Of a DNA stretch of 36,010 nt, positions 26,940 to 35,206 are shown piece after piece (within the stretch, counting starts at the first letter, position 1; each line of letters starts with the position of its first letter). Source of the stretch: a virus. The stretch lies in the UHGV virus genome UHGV-0022223; one strand, written 5' to 3'. The translations under genes were made by a program, and so were the position numbers. Below the pieces are notes generated by a model that was not told the origin of the DNA, ran no database searches, and worked only from the letters and a program-made list of their open reading frames with translations.

Positions 26940-27127
26940 CCTTCAATAGCCTGCCGGGCGGTGAAGATTTTATTCTTCGTCCGGCGCTTGCCTTCCATAT
27001 TGACCAGAAAGACCTTAACAGCGGTGCGGTAGATCTTTGCCGCATCGCGCTTCTCAATGACTACCTCGACATGCGCGAGGATAACGACGCCCGGGTAGAT
27101 AAATGGAGAGCGGCCAATGAGCGGTAA
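26514..27127 (+). CDS. Tail assembly chaperone -1 frameshift fusion product (GT-like)
   Basis: Heptamer A_AAT_TTT at 26885-26891; the -1 frame is open from there to TAA at 27125-27127, encoding about 79 more residues and overlapping the tape-measure start. Confidence 0.45.
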
Positions 27128-29129
27128 CGCAGATACGATTAAAGATTTCCTTGTTTCGCTGGGATTCGATATCGATCAGGCTGGCGCTAATAAGTTTGAA
27201 GCCGTGCTGAAAGGTGTTACCGCGAACGTTCTGAAGGTCGGCGCGGTGGTGGAAGGCGCAGCGCTGAGCATTGTCGGATTTACCACCCAGATCGCGAATG
27301 GTCTGGATAAAATTTACTGGGCATCCCAGCGGACGGGGGCCAGCGTCCAGGGCATCAAAGCGCTGGGCTATGCCGCATCGCAAACCGGTGCCAGCGCCGA
27401 GTCGGCTATGTCCTCCCTCGAAGGGCTGGCGGGGTTCATGCGTAGCAATCCGGGGGCGGAAGGCTTCCTGAACCGCCTGGGTGTCCAGACCCGTGATGCC
27501 AGCGGAAAGATGCGTGATACTGCGGCCATCTTTACTGGCGTTGGGCAAAAGCTCAACAACATGCCGTATTACCGCGCGAAGCAATACGCGCAGATGCTTG
27601 GCATCGATGAAAACACGCTGATGGCGATGCGGCGCGGCATGAATGGCTTTACCGCCGATTACCAGTCGATGCTGCAAAAGACAGGGTTCAACGCTGATAA
27701 AGCGGCTGTTCAGTCCAACAAATTCATGACGTCCATGCGCGGGCTTACGTCGCTGTTCGGCATCATGCGGGACAAGATCGGCTCAAACCTCGCTGGTGGC
27801 CTGGCTGGTTCGCTGGACAGCCTGCGGCGGCGCATCCTCGACAATTTCCCGAAGATTGAAGAGACGCTTACCAGAGTTATTAACGGCGTGATCTGGCTTG
27901 CGAACGCATTCACGAGAATGGCGTGGCGGCTGATACAGGGCGCTGGCTCTGTCATCGACTGGTGGAAGCGTCTTGACGATGGCAGTAAAAATCTGCTGAA
28001 AATATTCGGTGCTCTACTTGTCGCATGGCGTCTGCTTAATTCTGCGTTCCTGAAATCCCCGATTGGAATTATCACCACGCTGATTCTGGCGATCGGATTA
28101 CTCTATGACGATTACCAGACGTGGAAAGAGGGCGGAAAAAGCCTGATTGACTGGAGCAAGTGGGAACCAGCAATAGAAAAGGCGAAAAAGGCAATTATCT
28201 GGCTGCGAGATAAGCTGTTGGAGCTAAAAGATTCTGTCGGTGGGTGGCAGAACTCACTGGAAATTTTGGCTACCTTCATTGCAGGGGTATGGTTAAGCAA
28301 AATAACCTCTGCATTTGCTAAGTTAGCCGGAATACCTATGCCGCCATGGCTGAAGCTGTGGGCTATTTATGCCGGGTATCTGGTGGACGACAGGCATAAT
28401 ATTAAAGAAAGCGCTAAATCATCATGGGACTACACCAAAGGAAACATCGGAGATGCGCTCCGCTGGATGGGGTTTAATACCGATTTTGGCCGCAATCCCA
28501 ATACCGTGTATGGCGCGAATATTCAGTCAGATATTCCAGGCGCTGAACCGGAGCAATACGCCCAGTCAGTGAAGCGCCCACAAGCCACAGCCCAGGGTAA
28601 GGTATTGCTCGACTGGATGGGGCCAATGTTCAATAAACTGGAGTCGCTTTATCAGCTGCCAGCTGGCCTGTTGAAAAGCGTGGCGATCACCGAGTCGGGT
28701 GGTAACCAGTTCGCCATATCCGGCGCAGGCGCGAAAGGACTGTTTCAGTTTATGGATGGCACGGCGCGCGACATGGGCCTGCGTGGGAATGATGTATTCG
28801 ACCCGGAAAAGTCAGCTCAGGCAGCCGCTAAGTACCTCAGCCAGCTGTTGCGGCAGAACGGCGGAGACCTTAGCAAAGCACTGGCATCATATAACTGGGG
28901 GATCGGGAATGTTAAGCGTTATGGAATGGGGCTAATGCCGCAGGAAACGCGCAATTACATTCCGAAAGTAATGAGCAATATGCCCACCAGCGCCCCGGTG
29001 ATTCAGCAGGAAACGAACATTAACATCCACGGCGTTTCCGATCCTCGCGAAGCTGCCCGTTTGACTGTTGACCGTCAAAAGGGCGTGAATTCACAGTTAA
29101 CCCAGCAACTCCCCGCAGGACCGAGATAA
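27117..29129 (+). CDS. Tail tape measure protein with C-terminal lytic transglycosylase (SLT-like) domain
   Basis: 670 aa; central hydrophobic segments; C-terminal AITESGGNQ...GLFQFMDGTARDMGL...YNWGIGNV resembles lytic transglycosylase motifs. Confidence 0.75.
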   Translation: MSGNADTIKDFLVSLGFDIDQAGANKFEAVLKGVTANVLKVGAVVEGAALSIVGFTTQIANGLDKIYWASQRTGASVQGIKALGYAASQTGASAESAMSSLEGLAGFMRSNPGAEGFLNRLGVQTRDASGKMRDTAAIFTGVGQKLNNMPYYRAKQYAQMLGIDENTLMAMRRGMNGFTADYQSMLQKTGFNADKAAVQSNKFMTSMRGLTSLFGIMRDKIGSNLAGGLAGSLDSLRRRILDNFPKIEETLTRVINGVIWLANAFTRMAWRLIQGAGSVIDWWKRLDDGSKNLLKIFGALLVAWRLLNSAFLKSPIGIITTLILAIGLLYDDYQTWKEGGKSLIDWSKWEPAIEKAKKAIIWLRDKLLELKDSVGGWQNSLEILATFIAGVWLSKITSAFAKLAGIPMPPWLKLWAIYAGYLVDDRHNIKESAKSSWDYTKGNIGDALRWMGFNTDFGRNPNTVYGANIQSDIPGAEPEQYAQSVKRPQATAQGKVLLDWMGPMFNKLESLYQLPAGLLKSVAITESGGNQFAISGAGAKGLFQFMDGTARDMGLRGNDVFDPEKSAQAAAKYLSQLLRQNGGDLSKALASYNWGIGNVKRYGMGLMPQETRNYIPKVMSNMPTSAPVIQQETNINIHGVSDPREAARLTVDRQKGVNSQLTQQLPAGPR

Positions 29130-29755
29130 TGGATATTTTATCAGCGATTTTTCGCCAGCAATCCCGGCGAATTGGCATATTAATTCCCAGCGTGGTCGTC
29201 TCCGAAAAGCATTCTGATGCGCTCGAAATTACTGAGCACCCGGTGGAGAAGCCAACAACGAATAGTGCCTCGGGTTTCATCGCCGATCATGCGTACAAGC
29301 GCCCCAGTGAAGTCACAATGGAATGCGGCTTCGCTGGTGGCGGTTCGTTGCTGGATTTCATTGATACATCTTCAATCGGTCTTAGCGCTGGGCTTTGCCC
29401 AAAGGAGACATACCAAAAGCTGCTGGATATGCAGCTTGAGCGCGTGCCATTCGATGTGGTGACCGGAAAGAGGGTGTACAGCAATATGCTGGTGCGAGCC
29501 ATCGAGGTGACAACGGATAAAACCAGCGAGAACGTGCTGAACTGCACGCTTACCCTGCGTGAAGTGATCATGTCGCAAACGCAGAGCGTTAGCGTTGCAG
29601 ATAAATCAGATATGCAGGATGGCGTCAGCACATCGGCGGTGCAGAATTCCGGGACTAAATCCACCACCCCAGTAAATGAATCGGTAATTAAGTCAACAGG
29701 GTGGTTTGATGGACTAAAAGGAACCAGTCTTGGTAACTCTATAGGTATCCAATGA
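29129..29755 (+). CDS. Tail / baseplate assembly protein
   Basis: 208-aa ORF with ATGA overlap to the tape measure. Confidence 0.4.
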   Translation: MDILSAIFRQQSRRIGILIPSVVVSEKHSDALEITEHPVEKPTTNSASGFIADHAYKRPSEVTMECGFAGGGSLLDFIDTSSIGLSAGLCPKETYQKLLDMQLERVPFDVVTGKRVYSNMLVRAIEVTTDKTSENVLNCTLTLREVIMSQTQSVSVADKSDMQDGVSTSAVQNSGTKSTTPVNESVIKSTGWFDGLKGTSLGNSIGIQ

Positions 29756-30057
29756 ATGTAACTGAAATCCCTTTATCGCCGGATAACCAGCTATTTCGCA
29801 TTCAGTTAGCAGAGACAACATACACGCTGAGAGTCATTTGGCGTGATTCTGCTGGCTGGATTCTGGATGTACAAGATAGCAGTGGCGAACCGCTTCTTTC
29901 TGGCGTGCCGCTGGTAACCGGTGTAAATCTTCTTGAGCAATATCCTCAACTAGGTATTAACGGGGCGCTGCTCGTTGGCTGCGATGTAGGCGCACCGGAC
30001 GAGCCCACCAAAACCAACCTCGGCACATACAGCCACCTCATTTTCGTGCAGGAGTAG
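29752..30057 (+). CDS. Small tail protein
   Basis: 101-aa ORF coupled between two tail genes. Confidence 0.4.
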   Translation: MNVTEIPLSPDNQLFRIQLAETTYTLRVIWRDSAGWILDVQDSSGEPLLSGVPLVTGVNLLEQYPQLGINGALLVGCDVGAPDEPTKTNLGTYSHLIFVQE

Positions 30058-30059
30058 AA

Positions 30060-31124
30060 ATGTCTCTTAACTGGATGCGCCATTTTGAGCTGCAACTGTT
30101 GGACCAGAACGGGCAGGGCGTTTCCCTGTCTGACTTTAAGGTCACGTTCCAGATCGAGTGGGCAGACACACGCTGGCCGCGCGTGGCGAACGTGAAAATT
30201 TACAACCTTTCGACCGATACCACGAACAAGATACTGGGGCAGGAGTTTGCCAAAATTCGCATCATTGCCGGGTATGACGGTATAGCGCCGGATGTTGATG
30301 CGAGCCAGGTCGGCGTCGCCCGAGAGATTTCACCAGACCAGATAGGGCAGGTGAACGGTCAGAACTACGGCCTGATTTTTGACGGTGATATTCGCTTTAC
30401 CGTAACCGGGAAGGACAACATTACCGATTCCTGGGTGTTGATTCAGGCTATTGGAGATCATGAAGCGTTCCTCTACGCGACTACCATCACTACGCTTGCC
30501 GCTGGCTATACCGTTGCGGATCTGCACCGGGCGACGATGCAGGATTTCAACGTGTTCGGCGTGACACAGGGCATTACCGGCGATTTTCCTGATACCGTGT
30601 TTCCTCGTGGCCGCGCGATTTACTCATCCACTCGTAACGTGATGGATAATATTGCAGCGCAGTGCAAAGCGACATGGCAGCTGGTGGATGGTCAGGTCCA
30701 GATGGTGCCGGAGGATAAATATATTCACGAAGCCATTGTGTTGAATGCCAATACTGGCCTGATTGGTATGCCGCAACAGACGATGGGCGGCGGCGTAAAC
30801 GTGCGGTGCCTGATAAACCCAAACATCCGCATTAATGGTCTTATCCAGCTCGATCAGGCTTCGGTGTACCGCGCGTCGCTCGGTAATAGCGAAATCGCAC
30901 AGTCGCCCGGGCGTATCACCGAAACTGAAGAGAATGGCAACCGTGTGCTGACCGGTACGACGTCACAGGCTGCCAGCATTGCGACGGATGGCGTTTATAT
31001 CGTCAAAGCTATCGACTATACTGGCGACACCAGAGGTCAGGCGTGGTACATGGATTTGATGTGTTTTGCGCGTGGCAGTCGTGATTTAGTTAATGCTGGT
31101 GCTATGCAAAAAACAAACTACTGA
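30060..31124 (+). CDS. Baseplate hub-like protein (Mu gp44-like position)
   Basis: 354-aa ORF upstream of the spike gene. Confidence 0.45.
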   Translation: MSLNWMRHFELQLLDQNGQGVSLSDFKVTFQIEWADTRWPRVANVKIYNLSTDTTNKILGQEFAKIRIIAGYDGIAPDVDASQVGVAREISPDQIGQVNGQNYGLIFDGDIRFTVTGKDNITDSWVLIQAIGDHEAFLYATTITTLAAGYTVADLHRATMQDFNVFGVTQGITGDFPDTVFPRGRAIYSSTRNVMDNIAAQCKATWQLVDGQVQMVPEDKYIHEAIVLNANTGLIGMPQQTMGGGVNVRCLINPNIRINGLIQLDQASVYRASLGNSEIAQSPGRITETEENGNRVLTGTTSQAASIATDGVYIVKAIDYTGDTRGQAWYMDLMCFARGSRDLVNAGAMQKTNY

Positions 31125-31134
31125 GGTACGGGAC

Positions 31135-31470
31135 GTGAAACTCGTAATTTTTATCATTGCAGCATTATTTTCTTTCCAAGCTATTGCTGATTCTCAGTGT
31201 GGTGATTTCAAAATCCATTGGGCTGATGATGGTTTCGCTCGCGTAAACGGAGCTAAACCTGAATCGCAAAAAGTGACATTTCTTAAAAATGACGGTGATT
31301 ATAACAACGTCAAAATTGAATGGCGCTTAGCGACCAATCAACCAGGGCGATGGGTAGGAATGGAGTTTATTGGCCGTAATGGTAAAGCAATCCTGAATGC
31401 TCAGTGGCTGCAAGCCAGCATGGATTCGCCGCGTCAGTACGCAACATACGACTGCCGAAAAGTAAAATAG
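31135..31470 (+). CDS. Small secreted protein (signal peptide, two Cys), AT-rich moron
   Basis: GTG at 31135 after GAGG; KLVIFIIAALFSFQAIA then DSQ looks like a cleavable signal peptide; AT-rich; a terminator follows. Confidence 0.5.
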   Translation: MKLVIFIIAALFSFQAIADSQCGDFKIHWADDGFARVNGAKPESQKVTFLKNDGDYNNVKIEWRLATNQPGRWVGMEFIGRNGKAILNAQWLQASMDSPRQYATYDCRKVK

Positions 31471-31471
31471 C

Positions 31472-31490
31472 CCGCCAGATAGGCGGGCAT
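31472..31490. terminator. Hairpin between convergent moron genes
   Basis: CCCGCC-agata-GGCGGGC sits between the stop codons of the two moron genes; no clear U tract. Confidence 0.4.
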
Positions 31491-31493
31491 GCG

Positions 31494-31784
31494 TCAAAAA
31501 TATTGAGCTTTAATTATAATAAACACAATAATTACGAACAGGATGTTTCTAATTATTTTTTGCTTATGAGTAAGTTGTTTTTTTTCTGTCGATTTCCCGG
31601 GAGAGTAAAGGTTAGTGGTATGCGACAGCCCCGTGCCGGGAAGGCCATTTGTCATCTTTACGCCTTTTTTTCCGATGTTAATGGTGGAACCTTTACCACC
31701 AATTGAAGTGCTTACTCCGCTTTTACTAATGTTGATCGCGAGTCCGGGCGCAATCCGGATTCTTTTACGAAATCTAAATCCCAT
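31494..31784 (-). CDS. Membrane-anchored protein, N-terminus reminiscent of DUF4236-type proteins (MGFRFRKRIRIAPG...), AT-rich moron
   Basis: 96-aa ORF with strong RBS AGGAG; Gly/Lys-rich region then C-terminal hydrophobic anchor FVIIVFIII; AT-rich. Confidence 0.55.
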   Translation of the reverse strand: MGFRFRKRIRIAPGLAINISKSGVSTSIGGKGSTINIGKKGVKMTNGLPGTGLSHTTNLYSPGKSTEKKQLTHKQKIIRNILFVIIVFIIIKAQYF

Positions 31785-31972
31785 TTGTTACTCCTGTAGT
31801 CAATAATGCGATGGTGCAGGTCCACTCTATGGCGGCTTCATGGCTGAAATTGATTTTCAATGCTTACTTGTTGCAAATATATCCTAATACACCTTGTGAA
31901 TGTGTGCCATTGCAGCGGAAAAGCCTTACTTCACACTGATGTAGCTTAGTTACTAAGAGATAATTGATACCA

Positions 31973-31996
31973 AACCAGCTTCGGCTGGTTTTTTTA
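31973..31996 (+). terminator. Rho-independent terminator upstream of the spike gene
   Basis: AACCAGC-ttcg-GCTGGTT followed by T7. Confidence 0.6.
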
Positions 31997-32006
31997 TGGG
32001 GGTTTT

Positions 32007-32747
32007 ATGCCAATTCCAACTCAATCACAGATCGGGGGTGAGCAGCAGACCGCGCAGGCCATTGCCGATTCGGTGTCTACCCAGATGCGCGTAGCGATGC
32101 CCGGCATCATTCAGTCGTTCGATCCTGACACTGTTACCTGCACAGTAGAGGTAGCGCTTCGCGGTATTGTTGGCGATGGCTCCACCGAATTAAAACCGCT
32201 GGTGGATGTGCCGGTTATCTTCCCGCGCGGCGGCGGTTGCACGCTGACCTTTCCGGTAAAAGAAGGCGACGAGTGCCTGCTGATCTTTGCCGACCGTTGC
32301 ATCGATTTCTGGTGGCAGAGCGGCGGCGTTCAGGAGACCGTCGATCCGCGACAGCATGACTTATCTGATGCGCTCGCCATCGTTGGCCCGCAGTCGCAAG
32401 CACAGAAAATCAGCGGTATCAGTACCAGCGCCGCGCAGCTGCGAACCGATGATGGTGCGGCGTTCGTAGAGGTTGCCGCAGGACATAACATCACCGTTCA
32501 AACACCGGGCCAGCTCACGGCTACGGCTGAAGGTGGAACGACAATCACATCCCCGACTATCACGCTGAACGGCAACGTAACGATTAATGGCAATCTGTCT
32601 CAGGGAATGGGCGAAAGTGGCGGTACTGCGACGATGCTTGGGCCGGTGACGGTGACTAACGATGTGAAGGCTGGAGGTAAGAGCCTCATCCAGCATACCC
32701 ATGGCGGTGTGCAGAATGGCAGCGGGAATACTACCGCGCCTAATTAA
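32007..32747 (+). CDS. Baseplate central spike protein (gpV / Mu gp45-like)
   Basis: 246 aa with a Gly/Thr-rich repetitive C-terminal region (TITSPTITLNGNVTINGN...HTHGG); position before the gp46/J/I-like genes. Confidence 0.6.
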   Translation: MPIPTQSQIGGEQQTAQAIADSVSTQMRVAMPGIIQSFDPDTVTCTVEVALRGIVGDGSTELKPLVDVPVIFPRGGGCTLTFPVKEGDECLLIFADRCIDFWWQSGGVQETVDPRQHDLSDALAIVGPQSQAQKISGISTSAAQLRTDDGAAFVEVAAGHNITVQTPGQLTATAEGGTTITSPTITLNGNVTINGNLSQGMGESGGTATMLGPVTVTNDVKAGGKSLIQHTHGGVQNGSGNTTAPN

Positions 32748-32764
32748 AAACTACCAAACAGACA

Positions 32765-32800
32765 AAAGCCCCGGGTGCGCTAACACTTCGGGGCTTTTTA
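32765..32800 (+). terminator. Rho-independent terminator
   Basis: AAAGCCCCG ... CGGGGCTTT followed by a T tract. Confidence 0.6.
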
Positions 32801-32873
32801 CTTTCTGCACCTTGAGGATAGCAAGGGAGAATATGTGATTAATTTTAGCAAACTGATACGGGAGTTGCGAGTC

Positions 32874-32972
32874 ATGGGCGAAAAACTACCCAACTGGAAA
32901 TTCTTCCTCATCTGGGCCGTGTTCTTTTTATTCGGTCTGTCAAGCGTTATTAGCGCTATACGCTGGTGGTGA
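32874..32972 (+). CDS. Small hydrophobic peptide (MGEKLPNWKFFLIWAVFFLFGLSSVISAIRWW)
   Basis: ATG at 32874 with RBS GGGAG 9 nt upstream (or GTG at 32835); stop lies 3 nt before the next gene; below the track cutoff. Confidence 0.35.
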   Translation: MGEKLPNWKFFLIWAVFFLFGLSSVISAIRWW

Positions 32973-32975
32973 TTT

Positions 32976-33329
32976 ATGCGATACAGACGTGAAGACGCCG
33001 ACGGTGATTACACTTTCGGGCAGGGTGACGATACTTTCCTTATCGACAGTCCGGAATGTGTCGCCCAGGCAGTAAAAACCCGCTTCGAGCTGTGGCGCGG
33101 TCAGTGGTTTCTCGATCTGACGGAAGGCACGCCGTATGTTCAGTCGGTGCTTGGTAAACAGCGATCTGACGTCTACATCCTGGCTATACGTGAACGCATA
33201 CAGGACACACCGGGCGTTCTGTCGATTCTTTCCTTCGATACCAATTATGACGGCACCAGCCGTCGCGTCACCTTCACTTCCTCCATTGACACAATCTACG
33301 GCCAGACGACTGTAACAAGCGAGGCATAA
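32976..33329 (+). CDS. Baseplate protein (gpW / Mu gp46-like)
   Basis: 117-aa ORF between the spike and J-like genes. Confidence 0.5.
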   Translation: MRYRREDADGDYTFGQGDDTFLIDSPECVAQAVKTRFELWRGQWFLDLTEGTPYVQSVLGKQRSDVYILAIRERIQDTPGVLSILSFDTNYDGTSRRVTFTSSIDTIYGQTTVTSEA

Positions 33330-34529
33330 ATGGCTTTGAACCTCGACACGCTGGGGCTATCGGCAACGGTAACCGCCCAGGGGATTAGTGCGCCTGATTA
33401 CCAGACAATCCTAGATACACTGACCAGCTATTTCAGGCAGATTTACGGTAGTGATGCCTACCTCGAACCAGACAGCAAAGACGGGCAGATGGTCGCGCTG
33501 GTGGCTCTTGCCGTGCATGACGCTAACAACACCGCTATCGGGATCTACAACTCTTTTTCACCGACGACAGCGCAGGCCGCAGCGCTTAGCAGCAATGTGA
33601 AAATTAACGGGATCACGCGAAAAGTAGCGACAAACTCTACTGCTGACCTTCTGTTAACCGGTACGGCAGGCACGACTATCACGAATGGCTCCGCACGGGA
33701 TAAAAACGGCATTATCTGGAATTTTCCCGCAAGTGTAGCGATCGGCGTTGATGGTACTGTGCTGGTGACGGCCACATGTGCGAATAGCGGTTCGGTTGCT
33801 GCGATGGCCGGGACTATTACCACCATTAACACACCGACTCGCGGCTGGGTGTCGGTAACCAACCCAGCTTCGGCTACTGTCGGTTCACCAGCCGAAACCG
33901 ACGCAGAGCTGCGCATTCGGCAGGGGCAAAGCGTCGCGCTACCATCGATCACACCGTTTGAAGGTGTCGACGGTGCAATAGCTAACGTTGCTGGCGTGAC
34001 ACGTCACAAGTTGTATGAGAACGACACAGGAACAACAGACAGCAACGGGCTGCCGCCGCACTCAATTTCCGCCATCGTCGATGGTGGGGATGTTACCGAA
34101 ATAGCCCAGACCATCAGGGGGAATAAAGGACAGGGAACGGCAACCTACGGGACAACTTCTGTCACGGTGCCGGATACTTACGGTAATCCTCACGTCATCA
34201 GTTTTTCACGCTCTACCGATGTGCCAATTTTCGTAGCCATTACCCTGAAAGTTTTTACCGGGTATACCTCTCAAATCGGCGAGCAGATCAAACAGGCTGT
34301 TGCCGGCTATATTAATGGCCTGACAATTGGCGACGACGTTCTGCTGAGCCGTATTTATTCCCCGGCAAATCTTGGCGTTGTGAGCGGCGGTAATGCCCGA
34401 TATTACGACATTACCGAACTGCTGATCGGTAAGTCGTCTGGCAGCGTATCGGCATCAAACATTGATATTGCCTATGATGCTTCAGCGTCCTGTAGCACCG
34501 CGAATATCAGTATCACGGTGACCTCATGA
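33330..34529 (+). CDS. Baseplate J-like protein
   Basis: 399-aa ORF abutting gpW-like and overlapping the I-like gene. Confidence 0.6.
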   Translation: MALNLDTLGLSATVTAQGISAPDYQTILDTLTSYFRQIYGSDAYLEPDSKDGQMVALVALAVHDANNTAIGIYNSFSPTTAQAAALSSNVKINGITRKVATNSTADLLLTGTAGTTITNGSARDKNGIIWNFPASVAIGVDGTVLVTATCANSGSVAAMAGTITTINTPTRGWVSVTNPASATVGSPAETDAELRIRQGQSVALPSITPFEGVDGAIANVAGVTRHKLYENDTGTTDSNGLPPHSISAIVDGGDVTEIAQTIRGNKGQGTATYGTTSVTVPDTYGNPHVISFSRSTDVPIFVAITLKVFTGYTSQIGEQIKQAVAGYINGLTIGDDVLLSRIYSPANLGVVSGGNARYYDITELLIGKSSGSVSASNIDIAYDASASCSTANISITVTS

Positions 34530-35206
34530 GCAAATACACCGAACTTATCACGAACTACCACGCTACCAAGCCACTCTTTTTTGACCATATAGATCTGAGT
34601 ACTCGCCCGCTGATTGATGTGTCCAGCACTATGTCAGGGCTTGTAACAGCCTTCGATATCGATACGGCGGTCGGCGTGCAGCTCGACACGCTCGGTCTGT
34701 GGATTGGTCGTAGTCGCATAGTCAGCGAGCCAATTAGCGGCGTTTATTTTAGTTGGGACACTGACGGGCTTGGATATGACCAGGGTGTATGGCAGGGGCC
34801 GTATGACCCGGATTCGGGCTATACGTCACTGAGCGATGACACCTACCGCATCATTCTGAAAGCGAAAATTGCGATTAACAATTGGGACGGCCGGAACGAC
34901 TCGCTGCCACCCATTCTGGACGCTGCAACTGCTGGCTCTGGCCTGAAGATGCAGATCGTCGACAACCAGGACATGACGATATCGGTCTGGGTATTCCCGG
35001 AAACCGATATTGCTGATGTCTCTCTCGAACTGATCGCCGCTATCAAACAGGGCTATCTCACCGTTAAAGCAGCTGGTGTATGGGCCGGTGACGTTGAAAC
35101 GCCTTCGGTTGAAACACCTTCCGAGGGTTCTAAATTCTTTGGGTTTGATATTGATAACGAATACATCAGTGGTTTTGATGTAGGGGCATGGGGAGTATTA
35201 CTCTGA
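34526..35206 (+). CDS. Baseplate / tail protein (gpI / Mu gp48-like)
   Basis: 226-aa ORF coupled between the J-like and tail fibre genes. Confidence 0.5.
   Translation: MSKYTELITNYHATKPLFFDHIDLSTRPLIDVSSTMSGLVTAFDIDTAVGVQLDTLGLWIGRSRIVSEPISGVYFSWDTDGLGYDQGVWQGPYDPDSGYTSLSDDTYRIILKAKIAINNWDGRNDSLPPILDAATAGSGLKMQIVDNQDMTISVWVFPETDIADVSLELIAAIKQGYLTVKAAGVWAGDVETPSVETPSEGSKFFGFDIDNEYISGFDVGAWGVLL

Noticed and set aside
27054-27677. 207-aa minus-strand ORF inside the tape measure gene
   Set aside because: Antisense to a coding region with clear domain features; no RBS.
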